From positions 32,008-96,007 of the forward strand of contig JAPHSS010000005.1 of assembly GCA_026195255.1 (NCBI GenBank): 64,000 bases of DNA. The letters run 5' to 3'. The position numbers were made by a program, and so were the translations under genes. Shown here piece by piece: positions 11,084 through 21,452 of this stretch. How positions within the stretch are numbered: the stretch's first letter is position 1; every line of letters begins with the position of its first letter. This DNA is from Gammaproteobacteria bacterium (GTDB taxonomy: Bacteria > Pseudomonadota > Gammaproteobacteria > SZUA-229). Below the pieces are notes generated by a model. The model searched no databases and was not told the origin of the DNA. It worked only from the letters and a program-made list of their open reading frames with translations.

Positions 11084-11434
11084 ATGAATTTGATACGTAT
11101 TTCACTAATAATCACCACACTATTCTTAAGTTTCAGTATAAATGCAGCTGAATTATCTGATTTTGAAAAACAGCAAATTGCTAATGAGTTTAATAACTAT
11201 TTTAAAAGCACCGACAGCGGTTCGATGCAGACATTAAATAAAAACCCGTGGGCAGGTAAACGTGCAAGACAGAACGAACGCACTAAAAAGATCTTACAGG
11301 TCAGCGCCACATTGGGTAATTGTAAGCAATATTCATTAAAACAACGCCGCCAATGCTTTGTTAATGGCAATAACCCTGCTTCATGTGAACTATCATATAA
11401 AGCAAGACTTGATCATTGCAATAGAAACTTCTAA
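11084..11434 (+). CDS. Secreted hypothetical protein with 4 C-terminal Cys
   Basis: RBS AGGA, signal peptide ending INA-A, and a strong terminator downstream. Confidence 0.7.
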   Translation: MNLIRISLIITTLFLSFSINAAELSDFEKQQIANEFNNYFKSTDSGSMQTLNKNPWAGKRARQNERTKKILQVSATLGNCKQYSLKQRRQCFVNGNNPASCELSYKARLDHCNRNF

Positions 11435-11450
11435 GCAGATATTATTTATT

Positions 11451-11484
11451 AAAAAAAAGCCCGATTTAATCGGGCTTTTTTTTT
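11451..11484. terminator. Bidirectional rho-independent terminator
   Basis: A8-GCCCGAT-ttaATCGGGC-T9 between convergent genes. Confidence 0.9.
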
Positions 11485-11518
11485 GCTTTAATTTATGTTT
11501 ATTAATTTATGATGTATT

Positions 11519-11872
11519 CTATTCATCAGGCACGTAAAACTCGGTTTGAGTTCCGATTCCTGAATTAGCATCATATATTTTGAATTCATGTGTACCTATT
11601 TTAATAAGATCACTATGACTTAGTCTCTTACTGGTCACTTTAGCACCATTTAAATATGTGCCATTTGTGCTTCCCAGGTCCTCCAGAGTTATATCAAATA
11701 TTGAATCCATATAGGGACTACGCTCTACAATTAATTTAGCGTGATGACTACTAACTGCCCCATCCTCTAGTTGCATACTGTTACCTTTAGCTCTGCCAAT
11801 AGTGAATTCTCCAACCTGTATTTCGAAGTCAGAGACAACTACGCCATTAACAATATGTTTTAATTTAATCAA
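11519..11872 (-). CDS. Stand-alone FHA domain protein
   Basis: TIGR, VSSHHA and DLGSTNGT motifs; TTG start with a GAGGA RBS. Confidence 0.88.
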   Translation of the reverse strand: MIKLKHIVNGVVVSDFEIQVGEFTIGRAKGNSMQLEDGAVSSHHAKLIVERSPYMDSIFDITLEDLGSTNGTYLNGAKVTSKRLSHSDLIKIGTHEFKIYDANSGIGTQTEFYVPDE

Positions 11873-12263
11873 TCTCTATAGTCCTCTTAATAATAAAAGA
11901 CAAATTATAACCGTTAATAACAACCATTAATATTATATAAATCACAAACTACCTGTAGCAATCTAAATTTAAGTCATTAAGAGAAAAAGTTTGAATAAAA
12001 ACTGACATTTAAATAAAACAACAAGTAATAATTAAGTATAACGCCTTATTTTATGGAAATATGTAATATACAGGGCACAAGCTCACTAAAAGATGGTCCA
12101 TCTCTTTATCTTTTTATTAGTTAGTCCATACTAATTTCAAGCATATTAAAGGCAAACATCATAACGCTTAGTGTACAGCGATAGTAACAACACGGCATAA
12201 AATGCAACAATCTTCAATGCGTTTATCTACAGCGATTAAGTTACCACTCAATATGAGCATCGG

Positions 12264-12305
12264 ATTATATTAAGTGATAATTTAAAACCAGTTGATAAAG
12301 ATCAA
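12264..12305 (-). promoter_or_regulatory. FNR-type class II promoter (FNR box plus -10)
   Basis: Exact TTGAT-aaag-ATCAA at 12292-12305 and minus-strand TATAAT at 12269-12264. The box is centred at -41.5 from the implied +1 (~12257). Confidence 0.65.
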
Positions 12306-12415
12306 ATCAAGCAACCATTAGCAAGCCAGAATATTACTACCATCTAATAAGGGTACCCTAAAGAAAATAGAATCAACCTATTGTAAATAATTATAAAAAA
12401 GTTAATCCGTTTATC

Positions 12416-12856
12416 TTAATCTTTAGCTTCTCTGTTTAAGTTAATCTGCTCAAATTTAGATTCTAATATATCCCTGTATGTATTCATCTTTTCTCTGACA
12501 TCTGACTTTGCATTAACATAATCACCCTTTATACCAGCCGCTTCCCAGCGATCATATCGATGTAATGTAGCGTCACTTTCCTGTATTAGAGATGAGAGAG
12601 CTATGATTTCCAGATTAAGACTGTTCTGCCTTGTTAATATATCAAACTGCTTTTTTTGTGAATCAAATTTTATAACTACAAGGCTCAATGAGAATATTGC
12701 AGCTAATAAAGCCATTATTGAAAACCAGTTATTAACTTTATAAATGTGCTCTTCAATAATAAAGTCTGCTGCATTACTGGAGGGAAGAATAATTGAATAA
12801 TACCAGAGTAATAGAATACTTAATAATAAACAGATTAAAATCATTATATTTTTCAT
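12416..12856 (-). CDS. Hypothetical membrane protein (2 TM plus cytoplasmic helical tail)
   Basis: 146-aa ORF with two hydrophobic segments; no family recognised. Confidence 0.6.
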   Translation of the reverse strand: MKNIMILICLLLSILLLWYYSIILPSSNAADFIIEEHIYKVNNWFSIMALLAAIFSLSLVVIKFDSQKKQFDILTRQNSLNLEIIALSSLIQESDATLHRYDRWEAAGIKGDYVNAKSDVREKMNTYRDILESKFEQINLNREAKD

Positions 12857-13299
12857 ATATTTTACCAGATCAATTTATTTTGCAGATGATTATATAAATA
12901 TGTAAAATTTTATAGTGTGAGGAAACTCACATGAAGAAGTTTTTTAAACTGAACCTTGACTTTATTGATTGTTCGCATTTACAAACAATTTTTCGATTTT
13001 TGTGTCAACTCATCCAATATGTATAAAAATGTGAGTGTAGACAGGAACAGTTAGAGCCTTACCGGCATTGCTCTTTCGGGCCTTGCATAACTCATGTCTT
13101 GCACATAAACGCAATGCCACAGGCATAGAATGTCCTCGACTTGTCCGAACATATCAATAAGCAGCCCACTCATGGCACAGACTAATTAGTAAACTCAGAT
13201 ATATAAAAGCAAATAATCTTAGTTGTAATAATGCACTTTCGTTTTAATCATACTAGACTACTAAATAATAAGCTCCGGATGAACCAATGCCAGTGAAAG

Positions 13300-15402
13300 A
13301 TGCGTAAGAAAAACAATATTAATTTATTCAATCACTCTGCTTTATTATTGTGTTTATCGCTTTGTAGTTCTAATGCAATGGCACAGACTGACCCGAATAA
13401 AAGGCTAGATCACTTTATCTCTCTGAGCCTGGAAGACCTGGTAAGCCTTGAAACCACAATTGCCACCGCGTCTAAACAGACCACTACTAAAGCGCCTGCC
13501 GTAGTTACCTTGATAACTGCTGAAGATATTAAAGCAACCGGCGCCATCAATCTGGTCGACGTACTAGAAGGCGTTCCCGGTATACACATTAGAGAAAATC
13601 AGTTTGGCTTTAGACCTCTCATTCAATTTAGAGGTGCCAAAGGCACACAAACTTTATTAATGATTAACGGCAATTCCATGGCAGATCTTGTATGGAATTT
13701 CGGTATTTTCTGGAAAGGTTTGCCAGCAAGTATTATAGAACGAGTAGAAATAATCCGTGGCCCGGGCTCTGCCCTGTTTGGTGCAGATGCATCAGCAGGT
13801 GTTATCAATGTTATAACCAAAACAGCTGTAAATATAGAGCACTCTGAAGCGGGGTTTAGAGCGGGTAGTTTCGACACAAAAACTGCCTGGATGCAACACG
13901 GAGCCAATCTAAACGGCTATCAAATTGCAATAACTGCCAATATTTCAGATACTAATGGTCATAATCCATTTATTGAAACTGACGGTCAGTCGTTAACTGA
14001 CCAGACTTTCAATACTAATGTATCCCTGGCTCCCGCTAATGCTCAATATGGCTGGCGCAATGAGGATATACGTTTCTCAGTTGCAAAAGATCACTGGCGC
14101 TTACAAACTGACTATGTGCGTCACAGTGACCTGGAAATAGGTTTGACCGGGTTCGGGGTTCTAGATCCTGTCACAAATGCGACTGATAGCCGTATTAACA
14201 TCGATCTGTTATATAACAACGCTCAATTTAGTGATAACTGGTCACTTAATATGGACCTGCACTACCAGCATATTGATTCTAACTCAGGCACAGGTTTTCA
14301 GGAGCGCCCTCCGGGTTATGTTGATGCGACAGGCACATACCCTGATGGACTGTTAAATCAATATGAATCGGCCGAACGTCGACTGGTTTATGAAGTTAGT
14401 ACGCTGTTTAGCGGAATTGATGACCATTCCATTCGTATAGGCGCTGGATATACCTGGCAAGACTTATATTCTGTAACACACAGAGTTAACTTTGGTAACG
14501 CACCTGATGGCACTGAACTTCCCGCAGGTGGACCATTAGTTGATATATCCGAGTCTCCATTTGCATTCACACCTGAAGAAACACGGCGGATTAATCATAT
14601 ATACATACAGGACATCTGGACAATTAATGACACATGGGAGCTCACTGCAGGCGGCAGATATGATGACTATTCAGACTTTGGTAATACATTTAACCCCCGT
14701 CTTGCTCTGGTTTGGCAAACTACAGATAAACTCACCAGTAAATTAATATATGGCAAAGCTTTTCGTCCACCATCATATTTAGAGCTTTATGATGAGACCT
14801 CATTTACAACGCCTAACCCTAACCTTGACCCTGAGCGCTCAGAAACCATTGAAGTTGCATTTTCTTATATCGTTAAACAAAACCTGCAGTTAGGTCTGAA
14901 TATTTATAAATTCGATCAAACGGACATTACCCGCCCTACTGGTACTTCAGGACAGTTCATGAACAGCGGCGATCATTCTATCAATGGAATAGAGCTTGAA
15001 GCGCGTTGGCAAGCATCAAAGAATATCAGTATTTATGCTAATTACACCGTACGAGACCAGGATGAGACTAACCTGAGAGCCGTTCAGGAACCTGATGAAG
15101 ACGCTTACTTACGTACTGACTGGGGGTTTTCACCTAAGTGGAACTGGAATATTCAGGCAAACTGGATTGGTAAACGCCCAAGAAACACAAGTGGCACAAA
15201 CCCTGATTTACGCCCTGCAGTGGATGACTATGTAATCACTGACACCACCCTTCGATATGCTGCAACAAATAACTGGGAATTTGCCGCTTCTATTCGCAAC
15301 TTATTTGATAATGATGCCAGGGAATTTACCGGGCGTTCAATTGAAAATGATTTACCTCTACCTGAACGAAATATTTATGCAGAAGTACGTTATAAATTTT
15401 AA
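13300..15402 (+). CDS. TonB-dependent outer membrane receptor
   Basis: Signal peptide, plug motif IERVEIIRGPGSALFGADASAGVINVIT, NPNLDPE, IRNLFD and C-terminal YKF. Confidence 0.95.
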   Translation: MRKKNNINLFNHSALLLCLSLCSSNAMAQTDPNKRLDHFISLSLEDLVSLETTIATASKQTTTKAPAVVTLITAEDIKATGAINLVDVLEGVPGIHIRENQFGFRPLIQFRGAKGTQTLLMINGNSMADLVWNFGIFWKGLPASIIERVEIIRGPGSALFGADASAGVINVITKTAVNIEHSEAGFRAGSFDTKTAWMQHGANLNGYQIAITANISDTNGHNPFIETDGQSLTDQTFNTNVSLAPANAQYGWRNEDIRFSVAKDHWRLQTDYVRHSDLEIGLTGFGVLDPVTNATDSRINIDLLYNNAQFSDNWSLNMDLHYQHIDSNSGTGFQERPPGYVDATGTYPDGLLNQYESAERRLVYEVSTLFSGIDDHSIRIGAGYTWQDLYSVTHRVNFGNAPDGTELPAGGPLVDISESPFAFTPEETRRINHIYIQDIWTINDTWELTAGGRYDDYSDFGNTFNPRLALVWQTTDKLTSKLIYGKAFRPPSYLELYDETSFTTPNPNLDPERSETIEVAFSYIVKQNLQLGLNIYKFDQTDITRPTGTSGQFMNSGDHSINGIELEARWQASKNISIYANYTVRDQDETNLRAVQEPDEDAYLRTDWGFSPKWNWNIQANWIGKRPRNTSGTNPDLRPAVDDYVITDTTLRYAATNNWEFAASIRNLFDNDAREFTGRSIENDLPLPERNIYAEVRYKF

Positions 15403-15672
15403 CTTTTTAGAAAGGGAAAGATTAGCAGAAGGAAGACAACATGAACATATTCCAAAACACACAATCAACTTTTCATTATCTAAAAAAATATTGTGCTGTA
15501 CAATGGTAATTTAATAAATGATATTATTTTGTTTTAATACAGTATCAATTATATCTGTTTACATTCTTAAACTTACATTTTTCATGAAAAGTTTAACTGT
15601 GCCTTATATAGAATATTTCACTATAAACAGTTCTGACGCTATTATTAAACGCCAACACTTTATATATTTAGG

Positions 15673-16227
15673 GTGGCTGATTTGAAAAAATACAGCCTGC
15701 TTTTGTTTTTAACCTGTATATTATTCTCATCTAATGCATTTACAGCAGAGATAGACTCAGAAGAAGAACGCCTGTTCAAAGCAGCCTTTACATATAATTT
15801 TGCTAAATTCACTATCTGGCCAGAAAACACACCAGGCAATAACGGTCCATTAATACTTTGCACTATTGGTAAAAGTAAACTCATTAATGATCTTAACCGC
15901 CTGGAAGGTAAAAATATTAAAGGCAGAGCTGTTGCTATTGAAAAAGTTAGCAGCGACAAATCTAAAGACCATTGCCATATTCTTTATATTGCAAAATCCG
16001 AGAAAAACAGAGTCGCTAACATATTAAAATCCATTAACAGAAAGCCTATACTAACCGTTAGTGAAATATCTAACTTTATTGAAAAAGGCGGTGTAATTCA
16101 ATTCTACCGAAAAGATGGTAAAACAAACCTCATCATCAATCTGAATACTGCTCGTAAATCAGGTTTAGAAATAAGCTCACGCTTGCTCATCTTAGCTGAA
16201 GTTGTCAACAATGAGGAAACACCATGA
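15673..16227 (+). CDS. YfiR-family (DUF4154) periplasmic regulator
   Basis: Signal peptide, [26 protein letters not shown] and ISSRLLILA motifs. Confidence 0.88.
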   Translation: MADLKKYSLLLFLTCILFSSNAFTAEIDSEEERLFKAAFTYNFAKFTIWPENTPGNNGPLILCTIGKSKLINDLNRLEGKNIKGRAVAIEKVSSDKSKDHCHILYIAKSEKNRVANILKSINRKPILTVSEISNFIEKGGVIQFYRKDGKTNLIINLNTARKSGLEISSRLLILAEVVNNEETP

Positions 16228-18548
16228 TATTTAAAAACACCTCAATCAAGAGAAAACTTCAAGCTATTATTTTACTAACAGCGACAATCGTACTGTTACT
16301 CAGCTTTACCTTACTTATAATAGTTGAGATAGCGACGTCCCGAGATGACACAGCCGATCAACTACACACATTAGCAACGGTATTAAGTGCAAACAGCAGT
16401 GCTGCAATAACATATCGAGATCAGTTCGCAACTGCAGAGATATTATCGACCTTATCTTCACAGAAAAATATTATATGGGCAGGCATCATAATTGACAATA
16501 ATATACTGGCAGAATATCAGTCACCAAAATTTAAAAAACTGACTGCGAAAAAACAAAAAGCAATAACTCAAAGCCAGACTCAAACATCACTCTTGTCTGG
16601 TACAGTTAGTGCAAATGAGCTCATTAAATTTGACAATGAAATAATCGGAAATTTTCATATAGTTGGCGACATGAGTCAGGCGCAGGCTGTTATAACAAAA
16701 CAGATATATATTCTTCTTGTGATATTTATTATTTCTATGATTATAGCGATATTGCTTTCAAATCGACTTCAGAGAATAGTATCCATACCCGTTAAACGCT
16801 TACTAAATACAATGGAAACTGTAGCCACTAATCGAGATTTTAGCTGTAGAGCTGAACCCATGAGTAATGATGAATTAGGCACATTAGTAAATGGTTTCAA
16901 CTCCATGTTAGATCAGATACAGGTTTACGATAAAAAAATTACCCGTTATCAACAAGATCTTGAAGCACTAGTTATTGATAGAACTAAAGAACTTGAATCA
17001 GCTAAAATATTAGCTGAAACTGCGAATCAGGCAAAAAGTGAATTTATTGCTACAATGAGTCACGAAATTCGTACCCCTATGAATGGGGTTATTGGTTTTA
17101 CTAACCTGTTGCATAAAACACCATTAAATGAAACACAAAAAGAATACCTGACAAACATAACCAGATCAACCGACACCCTGCTTAGCATAATAAATGATAT
17201 TCTCGATTTTTCAAAAATTGAAGCTGGAAAGCTAACACTTGAACATACCAATTTCTCTATAAATAAAGAACTTAATGATATACACGTTCTTTTTCAAAAT
17301 AGTCTCAAAGATAAAAACCTGGAATACAGAACCTTTATTGACAAGAACATACCAGCTGTACTCAGGGGAGACCCTGTAAGACTTAAACAGATCTTAAGCA
17401 ATCTTATCGCTAATGCAATTAAATTCACTCACAATGGAAGCATTACTTTAAGAATTGAATTAGACCCACAGGACGACCAGCCTGATAATATTATTAATTT
17501 AAATATTTCTGTTCATGACACAGGCATCGGCATACATCCTGAGCAACAGGCAAGACTATTTAAGGCTTTTCAACAGGGTGATAGCTCTATTACAAGACGT
17601 TATGGAGGAACTGGTTTAGGCCTGGTCATTACACAGCGACTGGTCGCTTTAATGGGTGGAGAAATAGAACTATCTAGCATACCTGATCAAGGTTCAACTT
17701 TTTCAATTAATATTAAGTTAGAAAAACCAGCAGATCTTAGCCTGAATTCAGCATTACATAAATCTCCTGTTTCAACAAAAAAACTTAAAAACAATATATC
17801 AGATTTACGTGTATTGGTAGTTGATGACAACAATATAAACCTTAAAGTTGCCACTACATTATTAGAAAATGAAGGTGCCAAAGTTATGTCTGCTGAGAAC
17901 GGCACTAAAGCTTTAGACATAATTGGCAAGCATAAATTTGATATCATTTTAATGGATCTCGAAATGCCTGACATGAGTGGCATAGAAACAACTCGCATCA
18001 TTCGAGAATCCGGACTTTGTAGTGAAGACACACCTATAATAGCCCTCACCGCTCATGCATTCTCAGATATAAGAGTCGACGTAATCGAATCAGGCATGAA
18101 TGATTTATTAGCCAAACCTTACAAACCACAAACTTTATTTGAAATAATTAACAGCTGGTTGTCACATAATATCAACAGACAGGAATTACAGAATAGTCTC
18201 AATAAAAATGAACACGAACTACTACAAACCTATAATTATGAATCAGCAATAGAAACGGTTGGTGGAGACAGCAATATAGCCAAAGAATTACTGAATGATT
18301 TTTTAGATAGTTTGGTTGAATTTGAAAAATCTATAAATAACGCCCACAAAAACTCTAATTATGAAAAACTTTATGACCTTACACACAAGCTTTCTGGCTC
18401 CACATCAGCTATCGGCGCATCAGAACTCCATGCAGAAACAATAACGCTACAAAACTTACTTAAACAAAAACCACCATCAGATAAACTTATAGATGCCAGC
18501 GTTGTAGCATTAATTCATAAATGTAATGCTTTCAGAAATTTTTTCTAA
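16224..18548 (+). CDS. Hybrid sensor kinase: YfiN-like periplasmic sensor-HAMP-HisKA-HATPase-REC-Hpt
   Basis: N-terminus SIKRKL...[12 protein letters not shown] resembles the YfiN sensor. [44 protein letters not shown] and Hpt HKLSGS. ATGA overlap with the YfiR gene. Confidence 0.92.
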   Translation: MIFKNTSIKRKLQAIILLTATIVLLLSFTLLIIVEIATSRDDTADQLHTLATVLSANSSAAITYRDQFATAEILSTLSSQKNIIWAGIIIDNNILAEYQSPKFKKLTAKKQKAITQSQTQTSLLSGTVSANELIKFDNEIIGNFHIVGDMSQAQAVITKQIYILLVIFIISMIIAILLSNRLQRIVSIPVKRLLNTMETVATNRDFSCRAEPMSNDELGTLVNGFNSMLDQIQVYDKKITRYQQDLEALVIDRTKELESAKILAETANQAKSEFIATMSHEIRTPMNGVIGFTNLLHKTPLNETQKEYLTNITRSTDTLLSIINDILDFSKIEAGKLTLEHTNFSINKELNDIHVLFQNSLKDKNLEYRTFIDKNIPAVLRGDPVRLKQILSNLIANAIKFTHNGSITLRIELDPQDDQPDNIINLNISVHDTGIGIHPEQQARLFKAFQQGDSSITRRYGGTGLGLVITQRLVALMGGEIELSSIPDQGSTFSINIKLEKPADLSLNSALHKSPVSTKKLKNNISDLRVLVVDDNNINLKVATTLLENEGAKVMSAENGTKALDIIGKHKFDIILMDLEMPDMSGIETTRIIRESGLCSEDTPIIALTAHAFSDIRVDVIESGMNDLLAKPYKPQTLFEIINSWLSHNINRQELQNSLNKNEHELLQTYNYESAIETVGGDSNIAKELLNDFLDSLVEFEKSINNAHKNSNYEKLYDLTHKLSGSTSAIGASELHAETITLQNLLKQKPPSDKLIDASVVALIHKCNAFRNFF

Positions 18549-18569
18549 TCTGGCTAAGCAAAAAACTTA

Positions 18570-21170
18570 TTATCTGTGCATATTTTTTTTTGTTTTACTT
18601 GTCGCCTGAGCAGTAAAAGGATCATCTGGCCAGTAATGCCTTTTGTATTTACCTCGCAGCTCCTTTTTAACTTCAAAATAGGTCGTTTTCCAGAAGCTAT
18701 TTAAATCCTGTGTAACCTGCATAGGCTTTCTTGCTGGTGATAATAGATGCATCATTAACCTGCAGTGGCCACAGAGAATAACAGGTGTTTCATATAAACC
18801 AAACACCTCCTGCAATCTGACAGCAAGCACAGGCTGTATTATATCACTGTAATCGATACTTATTTTTGAACCACTGGGCACGTTTATTTTTTCTGGTGCC
18901 AGGTGATTTACTAACTGACGTTGATCCCAGCTTAACTGAGACTTGAGTAAAGCATACAAATCAAGATCATTTACCTGTTTGATACTATTCTCTGTTGAAA
19001 GGTGCGGTAGAAGCCATAAATGCATAGTATTAATTAAAGCATCATCTGAAAACTCAGGTAACACACTGGTTTTCAACTCATGAATTTCAATATCATTATG
19101 ATTGACATAATAATCTATAAATAATAACCGGTTTCTTAAGGATTTTGCTTCAGGTGTCCAGTTTAAACAGTCCAGGCCAATACGTTTTATAGATAACAAC
19201 AAACACTCATGAATGGAACGTTTATCTTCAGGTGTAATTAGGTTTTCTTTTAAAGAAAGCTTACCTATTGTCGTAGATTGCTTCACCTCGACTCGTTGCT
19301 GAGTTTCATTCCATTGAGTTGTTTCTGAAGATTCGATCAAATTATTAAAATACTCATGCAACTGGGAAGAACTTATTTCAGCAGCCAGATAAATAATTGC
19401 TTCACCTTGCGCACCTCGACCTGACAGATCATCAAGATTAGCGACTACTATATATTCGTAAAGATGATGTGCTAAATACTCAGGAATAAATGCCCCTTTA
19501 CCATTACTCAACAAATACCGTGCGTCACCAGGGCGTCGTTGCTTTGCTATTCTGTCAGGGTAGGCATAGGCTAATAAAACGCCACTATAGCTAATATCAA
19601 CTTTATTGTTAGACGCATTAACATCTCCTTTGATACGCCTATAAAAATCATCTGCCGTTTTAATAATTCGCTGACATTGCTGTTTATCAACATCATGATG
19701 TAATTTATTTAAAGTCTTAAATTCATTTAGAATATTAATTCTATCAATAATGTCTAATGTTTTATCCTTCTGTGAATAGAACAAATCTTTTTCTGATAAA
19801 ATACTCGCAATAAGACAGGCATGATATGCCTGATTAAGCTTGATAGATGATATTATCATATGTGCTAAACGTGGATGACTGCCTAAGTTTAACAAGGCAC
19901 GACCATGGTCATTAATTTTTCCACATTCATCCACTGCATTAAGTTTACGCAGTAATACTACAGCCTGCTCTACTGATTTTTCTGGCGGTTCATCCATCCA
20001 TTGTAATTCATTAACCTGCAGTGCCCCCCAGTTAGTCAATTCAAGGACTAATGTAGATAAATCGCTATATAAGATTTCAGCTAATGAGTGCTTTACTAAA
20101 CGTTGTTGCTGTTGAGATGTCCACATTCTCAAACAAATACCCGCAGACAAGCGGCCTGCGCGACCAGCACGCTGAGTAGCTGAATCTTCAGAAATAAACT
20201 GGGTTTTTAACCCGTTCATTGCGGATACTGAACTGTACTTTAGTATCCGTTCGAGCCCTGAATCGATAACACAACTTATACCATCTATCGTTAAACTGGT
20301 CTCGGCTATATTGGTTGCTAAAACAATTTTTCTAATGCCATCGGCACAAACATCTATTGCCCGGTTTTGCTGTAACTTGCTTAAACTACCGTGAAGTGGC
20401 GTTACAATAATATCTGTAATTAATTCTGATTTAATAATTTGTTGAAGCTGAGACAGTAATTGATTAATTTCTTTAACGCCGGGCAAAAATACCAGGCAGC
20501 TGCCCTCATATTCATGCATAACCCACTTCACAGCATCCGTTATATGAGAAATAAGTGCTCTATTATTATCATAAACACTGCCACTCTGTTTTATCGGTTT
20601 ATCTAAATATCTGATATCAACCGGGTAGCTTCTTCCAGCGCTCTGTATAATAGGTGCATTATCTAATAAATCTGAAATCGCAGCTGTATTAAGTGTTGCC
20701 GACATTACAAGAATTTTTAATTTTTCATTTAGTATCTGCTGACTTTGTAAACACAGTGCTAACGACAGATCGGCATGTAAACTACGCTCATGAAATTCAT
20801 CAAAAATAACTAAAGCTACTTTTTCAAGCTCTGGATCTGCCTGTAACTTTCTCGTTAATATGCCCTCAGTAACAACCAGTATTTTAGTTTTATCACTAAA
20901 ACAACGTTCCTGGCGAATCTGATAACCTACCGTCTCACCTGGTTTCTCATTTAACAAAAAAGCCATACGGGCGGCTGCATTCCTGGCTGCAATTCGCCGT
21001 GGTTCAAGAACAATGATCTGTTTATCTCTCAACCAGGCCTGGTTAAGTAAGGCAATCGGAACAGCAGTGGTTTTACCTGCTCCGGGAGGCGCCTGTAATA
21101 CAACACGATTGTGTGTACTTAATGTATCTAATATTTCGCTTAAAACGTCTTTAATAGGTAAATTATGCAT
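18570..21170 (-). CDS. hrpB: ATP-dependent helicase HrpB
   Basis: APPGAGKTT, DEFHERS, SAT and QRAGRAGR, plus the HrpB C-terminus LLSPA..P.Q.T.DL..FW...Y..V.KEL.G.Y..H.WP.DP. Confidence 0.95.
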   Translation of the reverse strand: MHNLPIKDVLSEILDTLSTHNRVVLQAPPGAGKTTAVPIALLNQAWLRDKQIIVLEPRRIAARNAAARMAFLLNEKPGETVGYQIRQERCFSDKTKILVVTEGILTRKLQADPELEKVALVIFDEFHERSLHADLSLALCLQSQQILNEKLKILVMSATLNTAAISDLLDNAPIIQSAGRSYPVDIRYLDKPIKQSGSVYDNNRALISHITDAVKWVMHEYEGSCLVFLPGVKEINQLLSQLQQIIKSELITDIIVTPLHGSLSKLQQNRAIDVCADGIRKIVLATNIAETSLTIDGISCVIDSGLERILKYSSVSAMNGLKTQFISEDSATQRAGRAGRLSAGICLRMWTSQQQQRLVKHSLAEILYSDLSTLVLELTNWGALQVNELQWMDEPPEKSVEQAVVLLRKLNAVDECGKINDHGRALLNLGSHPRLAHMIISSIKLNQAYHACLIASILSEKDLFYSQKDKTLDIIDRINILNEFKTLNKLHHDVDKQQCQRIIKTADDFYRRIKGDVNASNNKVDISYSGVLLAYAYPDRIAKQRRPGDARYLLSNGKGAFIPEYLAHHLYEYIVVANLDDLSGRGAQGEAIIYLAAEISSSQLHEYFNNLIESSETTQWNETQQRVEVKQSTTIGKLSLKENLITPEDKRSIHECLLLSIKRIGLDCLNWTPEAKSLRNRLLFIDYYVNHNDIEIHELKTSVLPEFSDDALINTMHLWLLPHLSTENSIKQVNDLDLYALLKSQLSWDQRQLVNHLAPEKINVPSGSKISIDYSDIIQPVLAVRLQEVFGLYETPVILCGHCRLMMHLLSPARKPMQVTQDLNSFWKTTYFEVKKELRGKYKRHYWPDDPFTAQATSKTKKNMHR

Positions 21171-21202
21171 TATTTACTACAACTGGCTTTTACCTAAAAA
21201 CA

Positions 21203-21415
21203 TTAACTATCAGTTTTTTTATTAGCTTTTATACAAAACATTATAAATAATGAATTCCAGTTATCATAACCTTTAACATCATCGATATTATTTAGATCCG
21301 GTTGATCCTTTAAATACTTTATAGACTGTTCTATTTGATGGTCATTAACACCATTTAATTTAACCAGATCAATTGCCGCTTTAGATGGTGACCAGTCACT
21401 TAATAATTTGCACAT
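21203..21415 (-). CDS. Small hypothetical protein
   Basis: 70-aa ORF fitting tightly between two co-directional helicase genes. Confidence 0.6.
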   Translation of the reverse strand: MCKLLSDWSPSKAAIDLVKLNGVNDHQIEQSIKYLKDQPDLNNIDDVKGYDNWNSLFIMFCIKANKKTDS

Positions 21416-21452
21416 AAAGAGTATTCTTATACTTTAAAACTTGTTTATAGAT

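Noticed and set aside
12860..13300. Cobalamin riboswitch or Fur box upstream of the TonB receptor
   Set aside because: No B12-box or convincing GATAATGATAATCATTATC match; kept only as an unassigned structured segment.
15257..15514. 85-aa ORF overlapping the TBDR 3' end
   Set aside because: The TBDR ends properly with a terminal Phe, so there is no frameshift evidence, and the ORF has no recognisable features.
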